DNA from: an uncultured Comamonadaceae bacterium
Lineage (GTDB): Bacteria; Bacteroidota; Bacteroidia; Flavobacteriales_D; Sanyastnellaceae
Assembly (NCBI GenBank): GCA_964527895.1
Contig: CAZGQI010000001.1
Location: 55,275 to 119,274 of the forward strand
DNA: 64,000 bases
Direction: 5' to 3'
Within the stretch, counting starts at the first letter, position 1. Each line of letters begins with the position of its first letter. The notes beneath the pieces were generated by a model. The model ran no database searches. It was not told the origin of the DNA and saw only the letters and a list, made by a program, of their open reading frames with translations. Shown in pieces: positions 52,544 to 61,542 of the stretch. The position numbers and the translations under genes are program-made.

Positions 52544-55500
52544 ATGTTTGGCCCCCTCCATCCTCTCCGTCTTGAAATGCGCCGTGTTGGCATGGCGTTC
52601 GCATGGCTGTGCATGTGGATGACTGCCGGAGTGGCTTGGGGACAATTCACCGACGGCATCAACGTCGAGTTCGGCAAAAACCGGGTACAATACCGCACCT
52701 TCGAGTGGCAGTATTTCGAACAAGGTTTGTTCGAGGTGTACCACTACCGCGAGGTGGACCAAATCGCCGGGCAAGTCGCACGCATTTTGGAGGAGGAAGC
52801 CAAGGATTTGGGGACGGTGTTTGGGCGGACGTTGGAAGGGCCGGTTCAGGTCTTGGTCTTCAAATCGCAAGAGGAATTCCGCCAGAGCAACGTGGGCATC
52901 ATGACGTCCCAAGATTCGGAAACCAACATCGGTGGGACGGCACGACTCGTGGGAAGCAAGATGTTTCTCTACGGCACAGGCGACCGGCTCCGGTTGGAAC
53001 GCGACGTCCGAGAGGGCCTCGCGCGCATTCTGTTCAACCAGGCGATGTACGACAGCCAGTGGACGGAAAGCTTGCGAAGTGGCAACTTGGTTCAAGTGCC
53101 TGAGTGGATGTCAGAAGGCGCCGCCCGCTACGCCGCGCGTGGGCTCGATGCCGAGAGCGAAAACCGCATCCTCGACGCTTGCCAAACAGGGGCCTTCAAG
53201 CGGTTGGATCAAAGTGCGGGGCAGGAAGCGGCTGTGCTTGGACAGGCGGTTTGGGCCTATGTGGCGGACATCTACGGCATGCCCACCATTGCCAACGTCC
53301 TGTACATGACCCGAATCACCCGAAGTGTGGAGAGCGGGTTCCGCTTGGCCACCGGATTCTACTTGGACGACCTGGCCGCGGAAGTGCGGGCCTATCACTT
53401 GCGGCACGCCCCACGCGGGTACGAAGCGTCGCTGCCTCCGTTGGACAACCCCAAGGCCAGGCGAATGGCCGAGCGTTCTGCGGGCAACGCCATTCCCATG
53501 CGCCTGCGACGTCGGTTTGAATACACCCAATTCGTGCCTTCGCCAGACGGCAAACACGTGGCCTTCACCACCAACGAGCGCGGGCAGTTGCGGGTGGGCA
53601 CCCTCGACCTGGAAAGCGGCAAGCACACCTGGCATGCCACCCTCGGCCACCGCCTGGCGCGACTCGAAAACGACCTGCATCCGCGTTTGGCGTGGCACCC
53701 TGAGGGGCGCACCTTGGCCTTCGCCACCGAATTGCGGGGTGCCCCGCACCTTGGTTTGGTGAGCATGCGCACAGGCGAGGTGCAACTCCGAGAACTGTTC
53801 AAAATCGACCAAGTCCTGGACATGAGTTATTCGCCCAACGGCGCGTTTCTGCTCATGTCTGCGCTTGAAGATGGACAATCCGACTTGTACCGGTACGACG
53901 TGGTGGCCAACAACCAACGGCCCCTGTGGCGAGATCGGTTTGACGACTTGCATCCGGCGTTTTGGGGCGAGGGCGCAGACTTCATTTTCGCCTCCAACCG
54001 GCCCGACGACACCCTGCGCAACGACCGGCTGGACCACCCCTTCCCCGCCAACCTGGATTTGTACGTCGGCAACTTGAACGACGACCCGATCACCCTGGAG
54101 CGCTGGACCCACACCCCCGAGGTGGACGAGCGTCATCCCCAGCCCCTGTCTCGGGGAGAATTCACCTACCTCCGAAACGAAGAAGGCTTGAACACCCGAT
54201 TGGGTCTGGGTTGGCGCGACAGCAGCATTGTGGCCATCGACACGGTGGTGCGCTACCGAACCTTCACCCAACTCCGCGACGCCTTGGTTCTTCCTGTGCC
54301 AACGACGAAGGCGACCGTCCACGGTGAAACCCTGTGGGTGGCCACCGAGCGGGCAGGCCAAACCAACGTGCTACCTCTCCCCATGCCCGAGGTGTCGCAA
54401 ATTCACTTGCAACCTTCCGTGGTCCCAGAAGCCACCACCGAGACCCTTCCCTATCCCACCGAATTGCCCGATTGGACTCGGTCCTGGAACGAACGGCAGA
54501 TTGACTACCGGAACTACGTGTTCGAACGCGAAAAGAACACCGTGGCGCCAGACACCACCCTCGATGCCGCAGAGGAGGAACAGGTCAAGGAATGGGCCCG
54601 CCTTACCCCTCGGAACTACCGTTTGAACTACGCGTTGGACAAGCTCCAAACGCAACTGAACAACACCTTTGGGACGTCCTTCTATCAGCCGTACAACGGG
54701 CAGGTGAATGCACAGCCGGGACTGGGCAATGCCACGGAAATCCGCATCAGCGACGTGATGGACGACCGCCACATTGTCGGCGGCTACACCATTCCGGTGA
54801 ACCTGTCGAACACCTTCTTTGGGCTGGCGTTTTTGAATTTGGAGGGGCAGGTGGACAAAGAAATTTCGTTCCAACGCCAATCCAGCGCCCGCATCGATGC
54901 GGGCACGGGGCAACTCGTGGAAACGGCCACGCACCTGTTGCGACGTGAGTGGCGCTGGGCCTTTGACGAGGTTCGCAGCCTGCGCTGGGGACTGGCCGCC
55001 CGCTTCAACCGAGATGTCATTCAGGGAACGGATTTGTTCTCGTTGACTTCCGAAAACAACGCCGGCGAGCAACTCGGGCTTCAGGTCGCTTGGGTGCACG
55101 ACGACACCCGAAGCCCACGGCTCAACATCCACCACGGCTTCCGTGCCCGGGTCTGGGCTGAGTATTTCGTCGACGGCGTGGGCACAGCAACCACAGCAGC
55201 CAACGGGCTGACCACCCCGGAACAGGGATGGTCGTTTGGCACGGTCGGCTTCGACGCCCGCAGGTACATTCCCCTAGTGGGGCCCAGCATCCTTGCGTTG
55301 CGCATGGCCGGAGACTGGTCCATTGGCCAAAAGAAATTGCTCCACATGCTCGGCGGCACGGACAACAGCCTGTCCCTCGCCGGCAATGCCAATACGCCCG
55401 TGGATCCTGACATTCCCTACACCTACCAGGCGCGCATCACCCCGTTGCGGGGATTCCAAAACAACGTGCGCAACGGCGCCAACGTCGCCGTGGCCAACGC

Positions 55501-55828
55501 CGAAATCCGCTTTCCCTTCTTCTTCAACAGTGCGGGCAAATCGGACTTTTTGAAGCACCTGCAGGCGGTGGCCTTTGCAGATGTCGGCGCCGCTTGGACG
55601 GGACTGCATCCCTACACCGACGACAACACCTTCAACTTCGTCACCGTGGAGGCCAACCCCATCACGGTCACCGTGAACAACAACCGCGAACCGATTTTGT
55701 ACGACCTCGGATTTGGACTGAGGTCCCGGTTCTTGGGCTACTGGCTCGCGGCCGATTGGGCCTACGGCGTGGACGATGGCATCACCTTGCCCCGCCGTTT
55801 TACCTTGTCCCTGAACTTCGATTTCTGA
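52544..55828 (+). CDS. Large outer-membrane protein: N-terminal domain + TolB-like (PD40) beta-propeller repeats + C-terminal Omp85/surface-antigen-type barrel
   Basis: Signal MRRVGMAFAWLCMWMTAGVAWGQ. PD40-like repeats SPDGKHVAFTTNERGQLRVGTLD, WHPEGRTLAFATE, YSPNGAFLLMSALEDGQSDLYRYD. The C-terminus ...FADVGAAW...GFGLRSRFLGYWLAADWAYG...FTLSLNFDF ends in Phe, as Omp85 barrels do. Start is 52544 or 52577. Confidence 0.7.
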   Translation: MFGPLHPLRLEMRRVGMAFAWLCMWMTAGVAWGQFTDGINVEFGKNRVQYRTFEWQYFEQGLFEVYHYREVDQIAGQVARILEEEAKDLGTVFGRTLEGPVQVLVFKSQEEFRQSNVGIMTSQDSETNIGGTARLVGSKMFLYGTGDRLRLERDVREGLARILFNQAMYDSQWTESLRSGNLVQVPEWMSEGAARYAARGLDAESENRILDACQTGAFKRLDQSAGQEAAVLGQAVWAYVADIYGMPTIANVLYMTRITRSVESGFRLATGFYLDDLAAEVRAYHLRHAPRGYEASLPPLDNPKARRMAERSAGNAIPMRLRRRFEYTQFVPSPDGKHVAFTTNERGQLRVGTLDLESGKHTWHATLGHRLARLENDLHPRLAWHPEGRTLAFATELRGAPHLGLVSMRTGEVQLRELFKIDQVLDMSYSPNGAFLLMSALEDGQSDLYRYDVVANNQRPLWRDRFDDLHPAFWGEGADFIFASNRPDDTLRNDRLDHPFPANLDLYVGNLNDDPITLERWTHTPEVDERHPQPLSRGEFTYLRNEEGLNTRLGLGWRDSSIVAIDTVVRYRTFTQLRDALVLPVPTTKATVHGETLWVATERAGQTNVLPLPMPEVSQIHLQPSVVPEATTETLPYPTELPDWTRSWNERQIDYRNYVFEREKNTVAPDTTLDAAEEEQVKEWARLTPRNYRLNYALDKLQTQLNNTFGTSFYQPYNGQVNAQPGLGNATEIRISDVMDDRHIVGGYTIPVNLSNTFFGLAFLNLEGQVDKEISFQRQSSARIDAGTGQLVETATHLLRREWRWAFDEVRSLRWGLAARFNRDVIQGTDLFSLTSENNAGEQLGLQVAWVHDDTRSPRLNIHHGFRARVWAEYFVDGVGTATTAANGLTTPEQGWSFGTVGFDARRYIPLVGPSILALRMAGDWSIGQKKLLHMLGGTDNSLSLAGNANTPVDPDIPYTYQARITPLRGFQNNVRNGANVAVANAEIRFPFFFNSAGKSDFLKHLQAVAFADVGAAWTGLHPYTDDNTFNFVTVEANPITVTVNNNREPILYDLGFGLRSRFLGYWLAADWAYGVDDGITLPRRFTLSLNFDF

Positions 55829-55831
55829 CCC

Positions 55832-56236
55832 ATGCCACTCGACCCCCTCACCCTGCTCACCCTCTTGGCCATCGGCCTGTTTGCCGGCATTGCCTCCGGA
55901 TTTGTTGGCGTGGGAGGCGGCCTCATTCTCGTGCCAGCCATGATGGCATTTCTGGGGTTGGGTCAACACGCCGCGCAGGGCACGAGCCTGGCCATGATGC
56001 TTCCCCCTGTGGGCATCCTCGCCGTCATGCAATACCACCGCGCCGGCGAAGTGCATTGGTCTTTTGCGGCAGTCTTGTGCGTGACGTTTGTCGCAGGTGC
56101 GTGGGCGGGGTCCAAATGGAGCCTGAAACTTTCTGAAGCGTGGGTCAAACTCGTGTTTGGCGCCGTCATGCTGTACGCCTCCTGCCGGATGCTCTACACC
56201 GCCTGGTCCCAACTCAAACCCACCCTGTTTCCATGA
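55832..56236 (+). CDS. TauE/SafE-family membrane protein (half-size, 4 TM)
   Basis: LFAGIASGFVGVGGGLILVPAMM...GTSLAMMLP is the TauE/SafE signature. 134 aa. Confidence 0.6.
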   Translation: MPLDPLTLLTLLAIGLFAGIASGFVGVGGGLILVPAMMAFLGLGQHAAQGTSLAMMLPPVGILAVMQYHRAGEVHWSFAAVLCVTFVAGAWAGSKWSLKLSEAWVKLVFGAVMLYASCRMLYTAWSQLKPTLFP

Positions 56237-57429
56237 CCCTTCAATCGCGCATCCAATCGTTGTCGGAGACACATCATCCCGAGTGGGTGGCCCTCCGCCG
56301 CCACCTTCATGCCCATCCTGAACTTTCGTTCCAAGAGCACGAGACCATGGCCTTTGTGTCCAAGCAGCTCACCGCGTGGGGTGTGGAACACCAAACCCAC
56401 GTCACCGACACCGGCATCGTGGCCCACGTGAAAGGAACGGATCCCGAGTCGCGTTTGGTGGCGCTTCGGGCCGACATGGACGCCTTGCCCATCCAGGAGG
56501 CCAACGACGTTCCGTATGCGTCCACGCGACCGGGGGTCATGCACGCATGCGGACACGACGTGCACACCACCTCACTGCTCGGTGCCATTCAATTGCTTCA
56601 AGCCACGCGCGACGCTTGGAAGGGCACGGTGCGATGCATTTTCCAGCCTGGAGAAGAGCTCCTCCCCGGGGGCGCCAAGGGCATGGTGGCGGCCGGCGTG
56701 CTGGCCAACCCTGCACCTGCCCACATTTTGGGCCAACACGTCTACCCGCAACTGCCCGCCGGCCACGTCGGGGTGCGCGGCGGAGCTTACATGGCCTCCG
56801 CAGACGAAATTCACTTGACCGTGCGTGGCCAAGGGGGGCACGCCGCCCTGCCTCATTTGTGCAAGGACGCGGTCCTCGCCTCCTCCGCAATCATTGTGGC
56901 TGCCCAACAAGCCATTTCCAGAATGTGCCCTCCGAGTGTGGCCTCGGTGCTCTCGTTTGGGCGCGTGGAAGCCTTGGGCGCCACGAACGTGCTCCCTCAC
57001 AGCGTTGCCATCCAAGGCACCTTCCGATCCATGGATGAAACATGGCGACGGCGCGCACACGACCTCATCACCACCCTGGTCCACAGCACCGCGCAAGCAC
57101 ATGGGTGTGAAGCCGATTTGGAAATCCGTCAAGGCTATCCCCACGTGCACAACGACGTGCACTTGGCCGCGGGCTTCAAACAAGCCGCCATCGCATACCT
57201 CGGCGCCGAACGCGTTCACGACCTTGACATCCGGATGACCGGCGAGGACTTCAGCTACTTCGCCAACGCAGTGCCCGGATGTTTCTATCGGTTGGGGACG
57301 GCCTCACCTGAAGAAGGGAACGACCACGGCACCCACGGGCTTCACACCCCCACCTTCGATGTGGATGAAAACGCCTTGAAAATCGGGGCGGGTCTCATGG
57401 CCTATGCAGCCGCCACCGTGGAGCGATAA
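56233..57429 (+). CDS. M20D-family amidohydrolase (N-acyl-amino-acid amidohydrolase-like)
   Basis: LRRHLHAHPELSFQEHET...LRADMDALP...MHACGHDVHT...FQPGEE matches the M20D motifs. Start MTLQSRI (ATG 56233) overlaps the upstream stop (ATGA). Confidence 0.85.
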   Translation: MTLQSRIQSLSETHHPEWVALRRHLHAHPELSFQEHETMAFVSKQLTAWGVEHQTHVTDTGIVAHVKGTDPESRLVALRADMDALPIQEANDVPYASTRPGVMHACGHDVHTTSLLGAIQLLQATRDAWKGTVRCIFQPGEELLPGGAKGMVAAGVLANPAPAHILGQHVYPQLPAGHVGVRGGAYMASADEIHLTVRGQGGHAALPHLCKDAVLASSAIIVAAQQAISRMCPPSVASVLSFGRVEALGATNVLPHSVAIQGTFRSMDETWRRRAHDLITTLVHSTAQAHGCEADLEIRQGYPHVHNDVHLAAGFKQAAIAYLGAERVHDLDIRMTGEDFSYFANAVPGCFYRLGTASPEEGNDHGTHGLHTPTFDVDENALKIGAGLMAYAAATVER

Positions 57430-57473
57430 AAGAGCTCCACGAAAACCTCAAATATGAAAAGGGGGTTGCGGGG

Positions 57474-59672
57474 TCAGTGTGCGACCTCGCACAAGAACTT
57501 GATGCGCGCGAGGCGAAGCTCTTCTTCCGAGTAGACGTCGTCGAACTCTTCCATGGCTGACGCCAAGCCTTCATCCTCGGATTCCGTGAAGAATTCAAAC
57601 AGTTCTTCGAGGCACTCCTCATCCAAACTCTCGTCGAGGATGTGGTCCAAGTTCACCTTGGTGCCCGCACTGACAATGGCCTCGATTTCGTCGAGCACTT
57701 GGTCGCGGTTGCCGTGGATGCCGGCAGCGATGTCGTCGAGGTTCATCTTCCGGTCCATCAACTGAATGATGGTCACTTTGTTGCTCGACTTGGAACCGCT
57801 GCTCCGCACGAGCAAGGCGTCGTCGCGCTCAATGCCCTCGTCCTGAACGTACTTCTTGATGAGTGCCGTGAAGGGCTCTCCAAACTTGGCCGCCTTGCCC
57901 GAGCCCACGCCCGTGATCCGGAGCAATTCATCCGGGGACATGGGGTAGTGCGTGGCCATTTCGTCCAAACTGATGTCTTGGAAGATCACGTAGGGAGGCA
58001 AGCCTTTCTCCGCGCTGACTTCCTTGCGGAGGTCCGTGAGCATGCCGCGGAGTTTGGGATCCAAGGCGCCGCCACTGTCTCCGCGGGTTTGGGCCAAAGA
58101 GTCGCCGGAATCCACGTCACTGAAGTCGCGCTGGTTGGCCAACATGATGGGACCCGGCGAGGCAATGAAATCGTGGCCCTTGTCCGTCAAATGCAAGACG
58201 CCGTATTTCTCGACCTCTTTGGCGAGGTAGTTGAGTACGACCGTTTGGCGTACGATGCCTTGCCAAAACTCGATGTCCTCCTCCTTGCCACGTCCCCAAA
58301 AGGCGCTGTCCACCGCCCCGTAATCCTCCATTTGGCGGTTCTTCGTCGCCGTCAGCAAGGAGGTGTAGAACCCCATTCGGTGCTTGTTCTTGTGCTCGAG
58401 CACCGCGCTCAACAGCAAGTGCACTTCCTCCTGGCGGTCGACCAAGGTGGGCGGATTCTTACTGTTGTCACAGTTCAAGGCACCCGGGCCATTCACCTCG
58501 TCAAATTCTTCTCCGAAGTAGTGCAGCAAGAACTTGCGGCGGCTTGTGGCCGTCTCGGCATACGCCATGACTTCTTGAAGAAGCTGCATGCCCACCTCCT
58601 GTTCGGCGATGGGTTTGCCTTGGAGGAACTTCTCCAACTTGTCAATGTCCTTGTGGCTGTAAAAAGCAATGCATCGCCCCTCGCCCCCATCGCGACCTGC
58701 GCGCCCCGTCTCTTGGTAGTAACTCTCCAAGGACTTGGGCATGTCGTAGTGAATGACAAAGCGCACGTCAGGCTTGTCGATGCCCATGCCGAAGGCAATG
58801 GTCGCCACGATGACGTCCACGTCCTGCATCAAGAACTGGTCTTGGATTTTGCTGCGCTGACCGCTGTCCATGCCCGCGTGATAGGCCAACGCCTTCACGC
58901 CATTGACGCGGAGCGTATCCGCAATCTGCTCCACCTTTTTTCGGCTGAGGCAATAGACGATGCCGCTCTTGCCCACGTTTTGAAGGCAGTGACGCACGAT
59001 TTGCTTCAACGCATCCTTCTTGGGTCGAATCTCATAAAAGAGGTTGTCCCGGTTGAAGGAAGACTTGAGCACAACCGCGTCCACCATGCTCAGGTTCTTT
59101 TGAATGTCCTGTTGCACCTTGGGGGTGGCCGTGGCGGTCAACGCCATGATGGGCACATCCGCAATGCCCTTGACAATGGGCTTGATGCGTCGGTATTCTG
59201 GCCTGAAGTCGTGGCCCCACTCCGAGATGCAGTGGGCTTCATCCACGGCCACAAAACTGACGCGAACCGATTTCAAAAACTCGATTGTCTCCGCCTTCGT
59301 CAGGCTCTCAGGCGCGACATACAAAAGCTTGGTCCACCCTTCGGCCACGTCCATTTTCACGCGCTCGGCTTCAGCACGGCCCAACGAAGAGTTCAAAAAG
59401 TGGGCGACGCGTTTGTCCTCGTGGTGCCCACGAATGGCATCCACTTGGTTCTTCATCAGCGCGATCAAGGGACTGATGACCAAGGCCACGCCGTCCAACA
59501 TCAAAGCCGGGAGTTGATAGCACATGGACTTGCCTCCCCCTGTGGGCATGATCACAAACGTGTCACGTCCCTCAAGGACACTGAGGATGGCTTTTTCTTG
59601 CTCACCCTTGAATTCGTCGAATCCGAAAAATGTTTTCAGCGCCTCTTGCGGCGCCAATTCAACCAGGCTCAT
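57474..59672 (-). CDS. recQ: ATP-dependent DNA helicase RecQ
   Basis: 732 aa. FGFDEFKGEQEKAI...MPTGGGKSMCYQLPA...DEAHCISEWGHDFRPEY, plus RQC and C-terminal HRDC regions. Confidence 0.95.
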   Translation of the reverse strand: MSLVELAPQEALKTFFGFDEFKGEQEKAILSVLEGRDTFVIMPTGGGKSMCYQLPALMLDGVALVISPLIALMKNQVDAIRGHHEDKRVAHFLNSSLGRAEAERVKMDVAEGWTKLLYVAPESLTKAETIEFLKSVRVSFVAVDEAHCISEWGHDFRPEYRRIKPIVKGIADVPIMALTATATPKVQQDIQKNLSMVDAVVLKSSFNRDNLFYEIRPKKDALKQIVRHCLQNVGKSGIVYCLSRKKVEQIADTLRVNGVKALAYHAGMDSGQRSKIQDQFLMQDVDVIVATIAFGMGIDKPDVRFVIHYDMPKSLESYYQETGRAGRDGGEGRCIAFYSHKDIDKLEKFLQGKPIAEQEVGMQLLQEVMAYAETATSRRKFLLHYFGEEFDEVNGPGALNCDNSKNPPTLVDRQEEVHLLLSAVLEHKNKHRMGFYTSLLTATKNRQMEDYGAVDSAFWGRGKEEDIEFWQGIVRQTVVLNYLAKEVEKYGVLHLTDKGHDFIASPGPIMLANQRDFSDVDSGDSLAQTRGDSGGALDPKLRGMLTDLRKEVSAEKGLPPYVIFQDISLDEMATHYPMSPDELLRITGVGSGKAAKFGEPFTALIKKYVQDEGIERDDALLVRSSGSKSSNKVTIIQLMDRKMNLDDIAAGIHGNRDQVLDEIEAIVSAGTKVNLDHILDESLDEECLEELFEFFTESEDEGLASAMEEFDDVYSEEELRLARIKFLCEVAH

Positions 59673-59682
59673 TGGAAGGCAG

Positions 59683-59690
59683 TAACTTTG
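59683..59690 (+). promoter_or_regulatory. Putative -7 box TAACTTTG upstream of kdsD
   Basis: Exact TAnnTTTG 28 nt upstream of GTG 59719. Confidence 0.4.
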
Positions 59691-59718
59691 CTTGATTAAA
59701 TATACGTAAAACAGTCAC

Positions 59719-60720
59719 GTGAACACCCCTTCGTCGTCCACAAAATCCCCGGCCAATGCCTCGTCTGCCCTGCAGGTGGGTCGAAGGGCCCTCACCCTGG
59801 CCTCGCAGGCGCTTCAAGGGGCTGCTTCCGCGCTGGATGATTCTTTCGAAGAAGCCCTTGACATTCTTGTCAAAGCAAAAGGAAATGTGGTCGTGACGGG
59901 GGTGGGCAAGAGTGCGCACATCGCGGCCAAAATTGCGGCCACCCTCAACTCCACCGGAACCCGGTCGTTGTTTCTGCATGCGGGCGAAGCCTTGCATGGC
60001 GATGTCGGTGCCGTAGACGCCCAGGATGTCATTCTCTGTTTGTCGAAAAGTGGCGGAAGCGAAGAGGTGATCCAATTGCTTCCCACATTGACCAACCGGG
60101 GTTGCCGCATTGTGGCGATGACCGCGCGTCCAGACTCGCCCCTCGGCAAGGCGGCCGACGTGGTGCTCGACGTGGCGGTGGAAGAAGAAGCGTGTCCGTT
60201 TGATTTGGCGCCCACCACCAGCACTTCCCTGCAACTCGCCCTCGGAGATGCTTTGGCGATGGCCCTGATGGCGCGCAGCGGTTTCCAACCCGACGATTTT
60301 GCCAAGAACCACCCCGCCGGAACCCTTGGCAAGGCCCTGACTTGGACCTTGGCCCAATTGGTGGATTCGGACCGAATGCCTGCCGTGGACGAAGAAGACG
60401 ACGTGCCCACGTTGCTCAAGGTGATGTCGGAAGGCCGCTACGGCGCCACCTTGGTGTGGCGCGCCGGAACGGATCACCAACTCGCCGGCATCGTCACCGA
60501 CGGCGACTTGCGTCGGGCCATGGTGACTGGCAGTCTGGACGGGAAGTGTGCAGGCGATTTGGCCTCCCCTTCTCCCAAAGTGCTGCCTTCGACCACCCGG
60601 GCCACGGAAGCCGCGCAATGGATGCAGGCCCAGGGCATCAGCCAAGTGATTGTCATGGATGGGGAAATTTACCTCGGCATGGTGCACATTCACGATTGCC
60701 TGCGCGAAGGGTTGATTTAA
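59719..60720 (+). CDS. kdsD: KpsF/GutQ-family arabinose-5-phosphate isomerase (SIS + CBS pair)
   Basis: VVVTGVGKSAHIAAKIAATLNSTG (SIS), then LSKSGGSEE, then a tandem CBS. GTG start as in the track; the exact start is uncertain. Confidence 0.85.
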   Translation: MNTPSSSTKSPANASSALQVGRRALTLASQALQGAASALDDSFEEALDILVKAKGNVVVTGVGKSAHIAAKIAATLNSTGTRSLFLHAGEALHGDVGAVDAQDVILCLSKSGGSEEVIQLLPTLTNRGCRIVAMTARPDSPLGKAADVVLDVAVEEEACPFDLAPTTSTSLQLALGDALAMALMARSGFQPDDFAKNHPAGTLGKALTWTLAQLVDSDRMPAVDEEDDVPTLLKVMSEGRYGATLVWRAGTDHQLAGIVTDGDLRRAMVTGSLDGKCAGDLASPSPKVLPSTTRATEAAQWMQAQGISQVIVMDGEIYLGMVHIHDCLREGLI

Positions 60721-60725
60721 CTTCG
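60718..60725 (+). promoter_or_regulatory. Putative -7 box TAACTTCG for tatC
   Basis: TAnnTT[C]G variant overlapping the kdsD stop codon, 4 nt upstream of ATG 60730. Confidence 0.3.
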
Positions 60726-60729
60726 CACC

Positions 60730-61542
60730 ATGGCGATGGACCAGGCCCACGACGAAGCCCAAATGGGGTTTCTCGACCACCTCGAAGAGCTTCGACGTCG
60801 GTTGTTCATCTCGGTCGTGGCCATTCTTGTGGCGGCCATCGTCCTCTTTGTCAAGAAAGACTGGGTGTTTGATGCGATCCTGTTTGGGCCGCGCAACACC
60901 GATTTCATCAGCTACCGTGCGTGGTGCGCCCTGTCGCATGCCATCGGCTCGGGAGACGCGCTTTGCGTGGAGAAGATCTCCTACGAGTTGATCAACACGA
61001 CCATGCTCGGCAACTTCTCGGCGCACATCATCGTGAGCGTGGTGGGTGGGCTGATTTTGACCTTTCCCGTGCTGATTCATCAGGGATGGGCCTTTGTACG
61101 TCCCGCCCTCAAATCGGGGGAACGCAACGCGGCGCGCGGCGCGGGCTTGGCGTCTTCCGTGCTGTTTGCGATGGGCGTGGCGTTTGGGTACTACCTCATC
61201 GCCCCGTTGAGCCTCCAGTTCTTGGGGAACTACGAACTCGGAGATGTGGCCTCGCGCATCGCCGTCATGAGCTACGTGAAGACGGTGGCGAGCATCACCC
61301 TGGCCGCAGGACTCGTGTTTCAACTTCCCGTCTTGGTGTTCTTCTTGAGCAAGGCAGGCTTGGTCACGGCGCCCATGCTGAAATCCTACCGTCGCCACGC
61401 GTTGGTGGGCATTCTCGCATTGTCTGCCGTCATCACCCCTCCCGATGTGACCAGCCAAATCCTGGTCTCCATGCCGGTGCTGTTGTTGTATGAAATGGGC
61501 ATTTGGATTGCCCGCCGTCAAGACAAACGACGGGCCCGCTGA
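60730..61542 (+). CDS. tatC: Twin-arginine translocase subunit TatC
   Basis: MGFLDHLEELRRRLF is the canonical TatC start. Six TM segments, ...ITPPDVTSQILV... 270 aa. Confidence 0.9.
   Translation: MAMDQAHDEAQMGFLDHLEELRRRLFISVVAILVAAIVLFVKKDWVFDAILFGPRNTDFISYRAWCALSHAIGSGDALCVEKISYELINTTMLGNFSAHIIVSVVGGLILTFPVLIHQGWAFVRPALKSGERNAARGAGLASSVLFAMGVAFGYYLIAPLSLQFLGNYELGDVASRIAVMSYVKTVASITLAAGLVFQLPVLVFFLSKAGLVTAPMLKSYRRHALVGILALSAVITPPDVTSQILVSMPVLLLYEMGIWIARRQDKRRAR

Noticed and set aside
57642-59699. 685-aa plus-strand ORF
   Set aside because: Antisense to recQ, whose helicase motifs are unmistakable. No recognisable motifs of its own.
59659-61521. 620-aa minus-strand ORF
   Set aside because: Antisense to kdsD and tatC, both with canonical motifs. 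Arg/Gly/His-rich junk translation.
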